64,000 nucleotides of DNA from positions 19,973 to 83,972 of the forward strand of contig JAAXHW010000060.1 of assembly GCA_012270675.1 (NCBI GenBank), given 5' to 3'. This document shows, in pieces, positions 8,665-17,939 of this stretch (position 1 is its first letter; every line of letters begins with the position of its first letter). The position numbers were made by a program, and so were the translations under genes. The notes under the pieces were generated by a model, which saw nothing but the letters and a program-made list of their open reading frames with translations, was not told the DNA's origin and did no database searches. The DNA is from Candidatus Latescibacterota bacterium. Its GTDB lineage: Bacteria; Latescibacterota; UBA2968; GCA-2709665.

Positions 8665-9051
8665 TCAGGCGTCCGGGCGTTCCAGCAGTTCAATCTCGTA
8701 CCCATCCGGATCGTCCACAAACGCCATCTTCCGCCCGGACACGAATGTTTCGCGCCACCCGTCCGGCCAGATCTCAACACCCTTCTTCTCCAATGCATCG
8801 CATGTTGCAATCAGGTCCGGAACCCCGATCGCAAAATGCATCAGATCTTCCGGCACATTGAGATCGTAATCATCAGAATAGGTCAACTCCAGCGTATGTG
8901 CGCTTCCCGGCATCTCCAGGTTCACAATCTGGTTCCCGGCCGGGGACCTGTCCGACCTGCTCTTCACCTGAAATCCGAAGTTTTCGCAATAAAACCGGGC
9001 CGACCGGTCCAGACTGCTCACCCGGATGCGGGTATGCAGAAAAACAGGCAT
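8665..9051 (-). CDS. VOC family protein / lactoylglutathione lyase (glyoxalase I)-like
   Basis: 128 aa. The HTRIRVSSLDRSARFY...HFAIGV...DPDGYEIEL pattern is typical of glyoxalase I. AAAGGAG lies upstream. Confidence 0.8.
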   Translation of the reverse strand: MPVFLHTRIRVSSLDRSARFYCENFGFQVKSRSDRSPAGNQIVNLEMPGSAHTLELTYSDDYDLNVPEDLMHFAIGVPDLIATCDALEKKGVEIWPDGWRETFVSGRKMAFVDDPDGYEIELLERPDA

Positions 9052-9173
9052 AACGTGCTCCTTTCTCTTTCAACCGTAGAAATAATCTCTCTTCAGTCCC
9101 AAAGATACACCCTCAGATGACAAACACAAACAGAAAAAACGCCCGGGTACACCTGCCTGCACACAGAAAGCGT

Positions 9174-9202
9174 TTGACAAACGAGCGGTTATTCCCATAT
9201 AT
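9174..9202 (+). promoter_or_regulatory. promoter candidate TTGACA-17-ATATAT driving the riboswitch leader
   Basis: TTGACA at 9174-9179 and ATATAT at 9197-9202. Confidence 0.45.
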
Positions 9203-9221
9203 TTGCTCTAAGATTACCCCT

Positions 9222-9415
9222 TCTGTCGTTCGGGTGCCGGAACCGGACGGCCCGCTTCTGCCGTCATGCTTCCGGAGAATAGGGAAGTCGGTGCAAATCC
9301 GACGTGGCCCCGCCACTGTGATCGACACCCTGCCGCTCCCATCCAGCGCCACTGGTCCAAAAACCGGGAAGGCCAGGAGCGGCCGTCGAAAGCCAGGAGA
9401 CCTGCCCGGACACAG
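9222..9415 (+). promoter_or_regulatory. cobalamin (B12) riboswitch
   Basis: AATAGGGAAGTCGGTGCAAATCCGACGTGGCCCCGCCACTGTGA core, a GCCACTGG...GGGAAGGCC segment, and a B12 box AGCCAGGAGACCTGCC at 9391-9406. It lies upstream of a Btu-type ABC importer. Confidence 0.88.
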
Positions 9416-9466
9416 TGCGCTCAAACGCCTTCGAGGGAAGGGCGTGGACGATCGGTATGCGCGTGA

Positions 9467-9501
9467 GACCCCGGCCGCCTTTCCAGAGACCGGGGTTTTT
9501 T
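9467..9501 (+). terminator. intrinsic terminator (riboswitch expression platform)
   Basis: ACCCCGG (9468-9474) pairs with CCGGGGT (9490-9496) and is followed by TTTTTT. It sits between the aptamer and the first ABC gene. Confidence 0.6.
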
Positions 9502-9575
9502 GGTCCCTCCACGGAACGGAGAGAGGCACAGAGAGCGCCTGTCACTTACGCTTGCAGCGCAACCCATCTCAGCCA

Positions 9576-10373
9576 ATGGAAAAGACCCTGCTCAAAATCC
9601 AAGACCTCACCTGCGGTTACGGCGCGCAGCCGGTGCTCCGGGAAGTCACCTTCGACCTCTGCACCGGCGACTTTGTGGGCGTGATCGGCCCCAACGGCTG
9701 TGGCAAAAGTACCCTCATCCGGGCCCTCACCGGCATCCTCAAACCCGCCGCGGGGCAGGTCCGCCTGAAGGGCCGGAACATCGGTGTCCTCTCCCGCCGG
9801 GAGATCGCCCGGCAGGTCGCCGTCATCCCTCAGGACACGGCCTTCCTCTTCGAATTTTCAGTCCTCGAAATGGTGCTGATGGGCCGCACCCCTCACCTGA
9901 GGCGCCTGCAACGTTCCGGACAAAGGGACCTTGACCTGGCAGAGGAAGCCCTGCGACAGACCGATATGCGCCACCTGAAAGACCGGAAGGTGACCGAACT
10001 CTCAGGCGGAGAACGCCAGCGCGCCGTCATCGCCCGCGCCCTGGCCCAGCAACCGCCCCTGCTCCTCCTGGACGAGCCCGACAGCCACCTGGACATCGGC
10101 CATCAGATCGAAATCTTCGGTCTTCTTCAGGACCTCAACCGCACCCGCAACCTCACCCTGCTGTGCGTTTCCCACAACCTCAACCTCGCCTCGACTTACT
10201 GCAGGCGGCTGATGCTGATGCAGGCCGGGCGCCTCGTAGCCACCGGCCCCCCGGAGGAAATCATCACCCCCGAACACATCCGGGCCGTCTACGGCGTCAA
10301 CGCCGTCGTACAGCCCAGCCCGGTCAATGGCGCCCCCCAGATCACGCCCTGCACTGAAAGGACCTCCTGTTGA
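9576..10373 (+). CDS. btuD: ABC transporter ATP-binding protein (cobalamin/iron-siderophore type)
   Basis: Walker A GPNGCGKST, signature LSGGERQR and Walker B LLLLDEP. The start MEKTLLKIQDL lies downstream of the riboswitch. Confidence 0.88.
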   Translation: MEKTLLKIQDLTCGYGAQPVLREVTFDLCTGDFVGVIGPNGCGKSTLIRALTGILKPAAGQVRLKGRNIGVLSRREIARQVAVIPQDTAFLFEFSVLEMVLMGRTPHLRRLQRSGQRDLDLAEEALRQTDMRHLKDRKVTELSGGERQRAVIARALAQQPPLLLLDEPDSHLDIGHQIEIFGLLQDLNRTRNLTLLCVSHNLNLASTYCRRLMLMQAGRLVATGPPEEIITPEHIRAVYGVNAVVQPSPVNGAPQITPCTERTSC

Positions 10374-11278
10374 AACCCTTGCTCCACCTCGTCCTGTCCA
10401 TCCTCCTCCTCTTTGTGACCCCATCCCGGGCGCAGGACTTTCCCCTCAAGCTCGTCGACGCCCTGGGCGACACCCTCACCCTCCACGCCTATCCGGAGCG
10501 CATCGTCTCTCTGGCCCCCAGCAACACCGAACTCCTCTTCGCCGTGGGCGCCGGCAGCCGGGTCGTGGGCGTCACGGACCACTGCAACTACCCCCCCGAC
10601 GCGGCCGGGAAACCCAAAATCGGCGGGTTTTCGGACGCGAACCTGGAATTAATCGTCTCCAGGCAGCCCGACCTTGTCCTGGGCGCGCGTTTCAATCCCC
10701 GGGAAAGCCTGGATGGACTCCGGCGGTTTAACATACCGGTCTTTGTACTGGCCCCATCGAGCGTGGATGAAACCCTCTCTGCCCTCCTGCAGGTCGGACG
10801 GATCACAGGCCAGGACGAGGCCGCCGCCCGCCTGGAGGCCGCCCTGATGCTCCGGGTGCGGGCTGTTCAGGAGGCCGTGGATGAAATCCCGGTACACGCC
10901 CGGCCCCGGGTGCTCTGGGGGAAACTGAGCGCTCCGATGTACACAGCCGGTCCCGGCAGCTTTATCGACGACCTGATCCGTCTGGCCGGGGGAGGAAGCA
11001 TCGTGCACGACGCAAGCGTAAACTGGCCCCGGGTGGGTCTGGAAACCATCGTGGACAGAAACCCCCAGGTCATCGTGGTTTCCAGCACACCCCCTCCAGA
11101 AATAGGGGAAGCCCTCGACCGGCTCCGGAAAACGCCCGGATGGGAAAAAATCGACGCCGTGATCAGCGGCCGCATCTACCACATCAACCTGGACCTCCTG
11201 GGACGCCCGGGCCCCCGACTGGTTGACGGCCTGGAACGTCTGGCGCACGCCTTCCATCCCGATCGGTTCCCCCAATGA
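10370..11278 (+). CDS. btuF: periplasmic cobalamin/siderophore-binding protein (BtuF-like)
   Basis: Signal peptide MKPLLHLVLSILLLFVTPSRA and ERIVSLAPSNTELLFAVGAG...VGVTDHCNYP, typical of BtuF. The TTG start overlaps the upstream stop (TTGA). Confidence 0.82.
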   Translation: MKPLLHLVLSILLLFVTPSRAQDFPLKLVDALGDTLTLHAYPERIVSLAPSNTELLFAVGAGSRVVGVTDHCNYPPDAAGKPKIGGFSDANLELIVSRQPDLVLGARFNPRESLDGLRRFNIPVFVLAPSSVDETLSALLQVGRITGQDEAAARLEAALMLRVRAVQEAVDEIPVHARPRVLWGKLSAPMYTAGPGSFIDDLIRLAGGGSIVHDASVNWPRVGLETIVDRNPQVIVVSSTPPPEIGEALDRLRKTPGWEKIDAVISGRIYHINLDLLGRPGPRLVDGLERLAHAFHPDRFPQ

Positions 11279-12288
11279 ACGTCCAATGGCGGAAACCCGG
11301 CCTGCTGGTCCCCCCCCTCTGCCTCCTGCTCCTGGCATCGGGCATCGTTTCCCTGGGCATCGGGACCGCGCACATCCCCCCGCACGATGTGCTAAGCGTT
11401 CTGATCGGAAAACCCGTTCAGGGGCCTGCCGAGGCCATCGTCCGGGACATCCGCCTTCCCCGCCTGATCCTGGCCGTGCTGATCGGCGCGGCCCTGGCCG
11501 TTGCCGGCACGGCAATGCAGGGATTCTTTCAAAATCCCATGGCCGATCCTTACATCGTGGGGGTCTCTTCGGGCGCGGCCCTGGGGGCCACCCTGGGGAT
11601 GGTCTTCCGCATCGACTTCTGGATCGCCGGCCTCAGTGCAACCCCCGTCTTCGCCTTTGCCGGCGCGCTGGGCGCCACCTTCCTGGTCTACACCCTCTCC
11701 CTGCGGGGGGGGCGTGTGCCCGTGGGGCTGCTCCTCCTCGTCGGCGTTGCCGTGGGCGCCCTGGCGGCCGCAGCCACTTCCTTCCTGATGATCATCGGGG
11801 ACGAAGACCTCCGCCTGATCCTCTTCTGGCTCCTGGGCAGCCTCTCGTCCAGGCGGTGGGCCCACGTCCAGATGGTCCTCCCTTACGTCATTTTGGGAAT
11901 CACCCTGATCTGGGCCTATGCCCGGGACCTCAACCTCTTTCTCCTGGGCGAAGAGACCGCCCAGCATACCGGCGTGGAGGTTGAACGGGTCAAACGCATC
12001 GTGCTGAGCGCCGCCGCCCTGCTGGCCGCCGCCGCCGTTTCCGTCAGCGGCATCATCGGCTTCGTCGGCCTCATCGTACCCCACCTGATGCGGCTCATCA
12101 CAGGCCCCGACCACCGCCGGCTCATCCCCATCTCCGCCCTGTCGGGCGCCCTCCTGATGGTCCACGCCGATATGCTCGCCCGCACCCTCGTCGCACCTTC
12201 GGAAATCCCCATCGGCATCATCACTTCAGCGCTGGGATGCCCTTTCTTCCTCCTGCTCATCGCCCGCCGGAAAGACACCGCGTTTTAA
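11275..12288 (+). CDS. btuC: FecCD-family ABC permease (BtuC-like)
   Basis: 337-aa polytopic protein with LRLPRLILAVLIGAALAVAG and GIIGFVGLIVPHLMRL motifs. ATGA overlap with the upstream gene. Confidence 0.9.
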   Translation: MNVQWRKPGLLVPPLCLLLLASGIVSLGIGTAHIPPHDVLSVLIGKPVQGPAEAIVRDIRLPRLILAVLIGAALAVAGTAMQGFFQNPMADPYIVGVSSGAALGATLGMVFRIDFWIAGLSATPVFAFAGALGATFLVYTLSLRGGRVPVGLLLLVGVAVGALAAAATSFLMIIGDEDLRLILFWLLGSLSSRRWAHVQMVLPYVILGITLIWAYARDLNLFLLGEETAQHTGVEVERVKRIVLSAAALLAAAAVSVSGIIGFVGLIVPHLMRLITGPDHRRLIPISALSGALLMVHADMLARTLVAPSEIPIGIITSALGCPFFLLLIARRKDTAF

Positions 12289-12314
12289 TACAACCCCCAA
12301 GACAAAAAAAGACA

Positions 12315-12346
12315 GGGGCGGTTCGCGAACCGCCCCTACTTGGGCG
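12315..12346 (-). terminator. perfect 22-bp palindrome GGGGCGGTTCGCGAACCGCCCC followed by a T-tract on the minus strand (REP-like; second copy at 38534-38557)
   Basis: The minus strand reads GTAGGGGCGGTTCGCGAACCGCCCCTGTCTTTTTTTG. It lies downstream of the minus-strand HTH gene. Confidence 0.55.
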
Positions 12347-12419
12347 CGGGTGAAAAAGGCCTCGCCGAAGGCATGGGAAGGGCGGGGAGGGATTGCAAAC
12401 GAGCGAGACGCCCGCGTTC

Positions 12420-12450
12420 GGGAACGCACCGGGAATTTTAAAACACCTTC
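12420..12450 (-). repeat. stop-codon-abutting 30-nt element, copy B
   Basis: On the minus strand, TAA (12451-12453, stop of the HTH gene) is followed immediately by GAAGGTGTTTTAAAATTCCCGGTGCGTTCCC. Confidence 0.8.
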
Positions 12451-12831
12451 TTAAACCGCGAGAGATTCAGCAGGGGTTTCTCTGGGAGGACTGGCGGAAG
12501 GTCTGGAACGTTGGGACTCAATCCCCAGGGCCTGGCGAACCTGGCGAACCGCCTGGCGATAGTAGCTTTGAACCGTACTCTTCGAAATCGAAAGAATCAG
12601 GGCGATCTCCGACATGGACTTGCCCTGGGAACGGAGGAGCAGCACCTCGTATTTCCGGCCGGTTACGGCAGTTTCAATCACGTCCTTCACCCGGTCCAGG
12701 AGGTCGGCATTCGGACCATTCTGGACAAAATGGGGGGACTGCAGGACATTCTGGCAGATAAAAGACAGAACGATCGTTTCGGTGGAGGGATAACACTGCT
12801 CCCGAACGGTATCGTAACGTGGCCGAGCCAT
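12451..12831 (-). CDS. small HTH DNA-binding protein (sigma-70 region 4 / LuxR-C-like)
   Basis: GRKYEVLLLRSQGKSMSEIALILSISKSTVQSYYRQAV is a classic region-4/LuxR HTH. Start taken at MARPRYD. The gene is visibly less GC-rich than its flanks. Confidence 0.6.
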   Translation of the reverse strand: MARPRYDTVREQCYPSTETIVLSFICQNVLQSPHFVQNGPNADLLDRVKDVIETAVTGRKYEVLLLRSQGKSMSEIALILSISKSTVQSYYRQAVRQVRQALGIESQRSRPSASPPRETPAESLAV

Positions 12832-13053
12832 GTCCAGCTGATTCTCCCGGAAGGAAGCGGAAACGCATACACGGTAAATTCTCAATAAATTTAGCGTTTT
12901 CTACGGTTTCAAGCAAGGGAAAACGCCTCTGGTATTTTTCTGAAAATTTGGCTATATTATATGGACGCGCCACCCGCGCTGTTGTTACGCCCCTGAACCG
13001 TTCTTGAGTCCCAGCACAGACCAAGCCCCCGAAATTCCCCACAGGAGGTCGGC

Positions 13054-15255
13054 GTGGCGACGCCAACAGACGTGTCCAAATCTCCTCCGGATGCCGAGGC
13101 CATCATCGCCCGGGAATCGAATTATCCCGAACTCCAGGACCTGCTCCAAAAAGCCCTCCAGGTCCGCCCCACCCACGACATTGAACTGATATCAAAAGCC
13201 TACCACTGTGCCGAACTGACCCACAGGAACCACTACCGAAAATCGGGCCAGCCCACCATCCGTCACGCTACGGAAGTCGCGCAAATCCTCATTGACCTGA
13301 ACCTGGACACCACCACGGTTGCCGCGGGCCTGCTCCACGACGTGGTCGAAGACACCGGCCTCCCGCTCTCCCGGATCAGCGCGCAGTTCGGGGATGAAAT
13401 CGCCGGGCTTGTGGGCGGGGTCACCAGGATCAGGGACCTCACCTTCCGCACCCCCGCAGCCGAACAGGCCGAAAACTTTCGCAAGATGCTCCTCTCCATG
13501 GTCCAGGATATCCGGGTGGTCCTCGTCAAGTTCGCCGACCGGCTCCACAACCTGCGCACGCTCAAATACCTCAAACCGGAAACCCGCCGCCAGATGGCCC
13601 TGGAAAGCCGGGACATCTACGCCCCCCTTGCCCACCGGCTCGGAATGGCCCGCATCCGTTCCGAACTGGAAGACCTCAGCCTGAAATGGCTGGAGCCGAA
13701 AGCCTACCGCGACATCCAGAAAAAGATCAACCTGACCCGGAAAGAGCGGGAGGCTTACATCGAGCAGGTCCACGCCTCCCTGCAGGAAGCGCTTCAAAAG
13801 GGCGGCATCCAGGCCGACATCAAGGGCCGCCCCAAAAACTTCCACAGCATTTACCGAAAGATCGCCACCCAGGGCAAAGCCTTTGAGGAGATCTTCGACC
13901 TCCTGGCCATCCGCATCCTGGTCAATACCGTGCCCGAGTGTTACAACGCCCTCGGCGTGGTCCACGCCATGTACACACCGGTCATGGCCCGGTTCAAGGA
14001 CTTCATCGCCACCCCCAAGAGCAACATGTACCAGTCCCTGCACACCACCGTCGTCGGTCCCGGAGGGGTCATGGTGGAGATCCAGATCCGGACCTGGGAG
14101 ATGCACCAGACCGCCGAAGTCGGCATCGCGGCCCACTGGCGCTACAAAGAGGGGAAACGCGGCCCCTCGGACCTGGACCGGCACATGGCCTGGCTGCGCA
14201 GCCTTCTGGAGTGGCAGCGGGAAACCACAGACCCGCACGAATTCATGGAAGAGTTGAAGATCGACCTCTTTCCCAATGAAATCTACGTCTTCACCCCCAG
14301 GGGCGACCTCATCCAGCTCCCCGAAGGCGCCACTCCGGTCGACTTCGCCTTTGCGGTGCACACCGATGTGGGCTTCCACTGCATGGGCGCCAGAGTCGAC
14401 GGCCAGATGGTCCCCCTCTCCACCCCCCTGCAAACCGGCAAAACCGTGGAGGTGATCACCTCCCCGCACCAGCATCCCAGCCGGGACTGGCTCACCTATG
14501 TCAAAAGCGCCAGGGCCCGCAGCCGCATCCGGCGCTGGCTGAAAGACGAAGAACACGCGCACAGCATCCGGCTTGGCCAGGAAATCCTGGAGCGCGAACT
14601 CAAACGGCGCAGAAAACGGGCCACGGACAAAAAGCTTGAGGAAGTCGCAGCCGACTTTGGCGTCACCGACGTCGAGCACCTCTACGCGGGCATGGGAAAC
14701 GGCGACTTCTCATTGAACAGGGTCATCCACAAACTCTTCCCCACCGCCCGCCCCACACCGAAGAAAACCCGCCCGGAGTCCCCGGGCGGGCGCGGGAAGA
14801 GTCCCCTCAAAATCCAGAGCCTGAACAACCTGATGATCCACTTTGCCCGTTGCTGCCGTCCCATCTCCGGAGATCCGGTCCTGGGCGTCATCACCCGGGG
14901 GCAGGGGGTGTCGGTGCATCGCAGGGACTGTTCCAATATCCTCGCGCTCACCCAGCACCCGGAGCGCATCCTGGAACTGGACTGGGACGTCGAAGCAGCA
15001 GAGACCTTTGTCGTTCACATCCAGGTCACCGGCGCCGACCGGCCCAATTTCCTGCGCGACGTCACCCAGGCCATTGCCGACATGGGGGTTCCGATCGTCG
15101 GCGGCGAACTCACGACCGCACACGGACAGGTCGGCGACCGGTTTCTGGTCGAGGTAAAAGACAGGCACCAGCTCAACGCACTCTTCAAAAAGGTTCTGGC
15201 AGTGCCGGGCGTTGCCCACGCGCAGCGGGTGGACGGTGCGGAAGGGGAAGCATGA
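13054..15255 (+). CDS. relA: bifunctional (p)ppGpp synthetase/hydrolase RelA/SpoT
   Basis: 733 aa with an HD domain (HDVVEDT), a synthetase domain (RPKNFHSIYRK...YQSLHTTV) and TGS and ACT regions. GTG start preceded by GGAGG. Confidence 0.95.
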   Translation: MATPTDVSKSPPDAEAIIARESNYPELQDLLQKALQVRPTHDIELISKAYHCAELTHRNHYRKSGQPTIRHATEVAQILIDLNLDTTTVAAGLLHDVVEDTGLPLSRISAQFGDEIAGLVGGVTRIRDLTFRTPAAEQAENFRKMLLSMVQDIRVVLVKFADRLHNLRTLKYLKPETRRQMALESRDIYAPLAHRLGMARIRSELEDLSLKWLEPKAYRDIQKKINLTRKEREAYIEQVHASLQEALQKGGIQADIKGRPKNFHSIYRKIATQGKAFEEIFDLLAIRILVNTVPECYNALGVVHAMYTPVMARFKDFIATPKSNMYQSLHTTVVGPGGVMVEIQIRTWEMHQTAEVGIAAHWRYKEGKRGPSDLDRHMAWLRSLLEWQRETTDPHEFMEELKIDLFPNEIYVFTPRGDLIQLPEGATPVDFAFAVHTDVGFHCMGARVDGQMVPLSTPLQTGKTVEVITSPHQHPSRDWLTYVKSARARSRIRRWLKDEEHAHSIRLGQEILERELKRRRKRATDKKLEEVAADFGVTDVEHLYAGMGNGDFSLNRVIHKLFPTARPTPKKTRPESPGGRGKSPLKIQSLNNLMIHFARCCRPISGDPVLGVITRGQGVSVHRRDCSNILALTQHPERILELDWDVEAAETFVVHIQVTGADRPNFLRDVTQAIADMGVPIVGGELTTAHGQVGDRFLVEVKDRHQLNALFKKVLAVPGVAHAQRVDGAEGEA

Positions 15256-15278
15256 ACATTCGTGCCAGCGCGCGCGTT

Positions 15279-17939
15279 CTACGCCCCACCCCCGGCCCCG
15301 GAAGCCTCCGACGATTCCACCTGCCGCTTCAGCGCCTCTAACTTCATCAGCGCCTCCAGCGGCGTTGTGCGCTCAATATCCACCCCGCGCAGTTCGTTCA
15401 AAACCGGATGCTCCGGGGGCGCCTGCTCTGGAACAAAAAGGGAGATTTGCTCCTGGTCCGCCAGCCCCTTCCGCTTCCGGGACAGCCGCACTGCGGACCG
15501 GGTTGGCGTCAGGTCGTTCTGCTCCAGCCGCCCCAGCACCTCTTTTGCGCGCGCAATCAGCTCCGGGGGCATCCCGGCCAGCTGGGCCACCTCGATGCCG
15601 TAGCTGTGGTCGCATCCCCCGGGCACCAGCCGGTGCAGGAAAACAACCCTGTCTCCCGTCTTCCGAACGGCCACGCTGTAGTTCTTAACCCGGGGCAACA
15701 TCTCCTCCAGCTCCGTCAACTCGTGGTAGTGGGTTGCAAATAAGGTACGCGGCCGGATGCCTCCTGAATTGTGCAGGTACTCCGTCATCGCCCAGGCAAT
15801 GCTGAGGCCGTCGAACGTGCTCGTCCCCCGTCCGATCTCGTCCAAAAGGACCAGGCTCCTGGGCGTCGCATTGTTCAGGATATTGGCCGCCTCGTTCATC
15901 TCCACCAAAAATGTGCTCTCCCCCCGCGCCAGGTTGTCCGACGCGCCCACCCGGGTAAAAATCCGGTCCACCGCGCCCACGCGGGCCGACCGGGCAGGCA
16001 CAAAGCTGCCCACCTGTGCCAGCAGCACAATCAGCCCCACCTGTCGCAGGACCGTCGACTTCCCGGACATATTCGGCCCCGTAACAATCAGAATCTGCTC
16101 CTGATCGCCATCCAGGAACACGTCGTTCGGGACGAATTTCCCGCCTGGCAGAAGCCGTTCCACCACCGGATGGCGCCCCTCCCGGACCTCGATTACCGTG
16201 CGCTCGTCCACATCGGGACGGACGTAATCGCTGCTGGCGGCGACCTCCGCCAGGGAGGCCAGCGCGTCCACCACCCCCACCGTCTGCGCTGTCCGCTGCA
16301 CCGGATCCACCCACCCGGCCACCTGCTCCCGCAGCCGGTGAAACAGCTCCTTCTCCAGCTCCCTGGCCCGCTCGTCCGCCCCCAGGATCTTCGCCTCCCA
16401 CGCCTTCAACGCCGGCGTGATAAACCGCTCGGCATTCACCAGCGTCTGCTTCCGGATATAATCCCCCTCCGGCACCCTGTCCAGGTTGGCCCTGGTCACC
16501 TCAATATAGTACCCGAACGCTTTGTTGTAGCCCACTTTCAAAGACGCAATGCCGGTCCGCTCCCGCTCCTTGCTCTGCAGCTCCGCCACCCAACTCCGTC
16601 CCCCGGAAGCCACATCGCGCAACGCGTCCAATTCGGCGTGATAGCCAGACCGGATCATTCCCCCCTCGCTCAACACCACCGGAGGCTCATCCTCAACCGT
16701 GCGATCGATCAGGTCGGCCAACTCGCTCAAATCGGGCATGCCCTTATCCCGCGCCCGCCCCAGCAAACCGGCGCCCACCCCTCCAAGCGCATCCCGCAGG
16801 GGCGGCACGGCTCGCAGAGAAAGCTTCAGCCCGACCAGGTCCCGGGGATTGGCGCGGCCGCAGCAGATCCTCGACATCAACCGCTCCAGGTCTCCCACCC
16901 CGCGCAGCGCAGACCGCACCGCTTCCCGCAGCGCCGGGTGCCCGATCAACGCGTCCACCGCATCCAGCCTCGCTTCGATCCGGGAAATATCCAGCAGCGG
17001 CTGGGCAAGCCAGGTCCGCAGGGTGCGCGCGCCCAGGGCCGTACACGTGCGGTCCAGCACCGAGAACAGGGAGCCCTCCCGGCGTCCCTCCTGCAGGGTC
17101 GTGACCAGCTCCAGGTTTCGCCGGGTCACCAGATCCAGCGCCATATACGAACCTGTATGCTCGCGGGACAGCCGGGTAATGTGCGAAATCGCCCCCTTCT
17201 GATTCTGCCGGAGGTAGCACAAAAGCCCGCCCGCAGCACAGACCCCGGTCTTGAGGTCCTCACAGCCGAACCCTTTCAGCGAAGACACCTGGAACTGTTC
17301 CAGCAGGGCATCGTAGGCGTAGGCATACCCGAAATACCAGTCCTCCTGACGGGTCAGCAGCACGTCCGGCAGGCGCTCCTGGCACGCCGCCTCGTGGGCC
17401 TCTGCCCAGGACTCGGGCGCCAGAATCTCCGCAGGTCCGATCCCCTCCAACGCCTCCCAGAGGTCCTCTACGCTCCGCTCTGAGACCTGGAAGGCACCCG
17501 TTGAGAGATCGGTCACGGCCAGCCCCACCCGGTCGCCCTCAACATAGACACCCGCCAGGTAGTTGTTCCGCTTCTGATCCAGTAGATTGTCCGTAAGCGC
17601 CGTTCCCGGAGACACCACCTGCACCACCTCCCGGCGCACAATCTGCTTCCCCTTCTGCGGCGGCTCCATCTGTTCGCAGATCGCCACCTTCTTCCCCGCT
17701 TTGATCAGCCGCGCCAGGTAGGTATCCAGGGCATGGTGGGGAACCCCCGCCAGAGGAATATCCTCGGCCCGGCCGTTGTTGCGCGTCGTCAGCGTCAGCC
17801 CGAGCAGCCGGGACGTCTCTACCGCGTCTTCGTAGAACGTCTCGTAAAAATCGCCCATCCGAAAGAGCAGAATCGCGTCGGCATGCTCCTCTTTAAACCG
17901 CATATACTGCTCCATCATCGGCGTCATCTCTTTAACCAT
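15279..17939 (-). CDS. mutS: DNA mismatch repair protein MutS
   Basis: 886 aa with TPMMEQYMRFK at the N-terminus, Walker A GPNMSGKST and FATHYHEL. Confidence 0.96.
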   Translation of the reverse strand: MVKEMTPMMEQYMRFKEEHADAILLFRMGDFYETFYEDAVETSRLLGLTLTTRNNGRAEDIPLAGVPHHALDTYLARLIKAGKKVAICEQMEPPQKGKQIVRREVVQVVSPGTALTDNLLDQKRNNYLAGVYVEGDRVGLAVTDLSTGAFQVSERSVEDLWEALEGIGPAEILAPESWAEAHEAACQERLPDVLLTRQEDWYFGYAYAYDALLEQFQVSSLKGFGCEDLKTGVCAAGGLLCYLRQNQKGAISHITRLSREHTGSYMALDLVTRRNLELVTTLQEGRREGSLFSVLDRTCTALGARTLRTWLAQPLLDISRIEARLDAVDALIGHPALREAVRSALRGVGDLERLMSRICCGRANPRDLVGLKLSLRAVPPLRDALGGVGAGLLGRARDKGMPDLSELADLIDRTVEDEPPVVLSEGGMIRSGYHAELDALRDVASGGRSWVAELQSKERERTGIASLKVGYNKAFGYYIEVTRANLDRVPEGDYIRKQTLVNAERFITPALKAWEAKILGADERARELEKELFHRLREQVAGWVDPVQRTAQTVGVVDALASLAEVAASSDYVRPDVDERTVIEVREGRHPVVERLLPGGKFVPNDVFLDGDQEQILIVTGPNMSGKSTVLRQVGLIVLLAQVGSFVPARSARVGAVDRIFTRVGASDNLARGESTFLVEMNEAANILNNATPRSLVLLDEIGRGTSTFDGLSIAWAMTEYLHNSGGIRPRTLFATHYHELTELEEMLPRVKNYSVAVRKTGDRVVFLHRLVPGGCDHSYGIEVAQLAGMPPELIARAKEVLGRLEQNDLTPTRSAVRLSRKRKGLADQEQISLFVPEQAPPEHPVLNELRGVDIERTTPLEALMKLEALKRQVESSEASGAGGGA

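Noticed and set aside
13192-14679. 495-aa ORF antisense to relA/spoT
   Set aside because: The same reasoning applies. The sense frame encodes a full-length RelA/SpoT with HD, synthetase, TGS and ACT regions, and the antisense product has no motifs.
15771-17483. 570-aa ORF antisense to mutS
   Set aside because: The translation is R/P/H/Q-rich and low in complexity. It is fully embedded in the well-conserved mutS gene.
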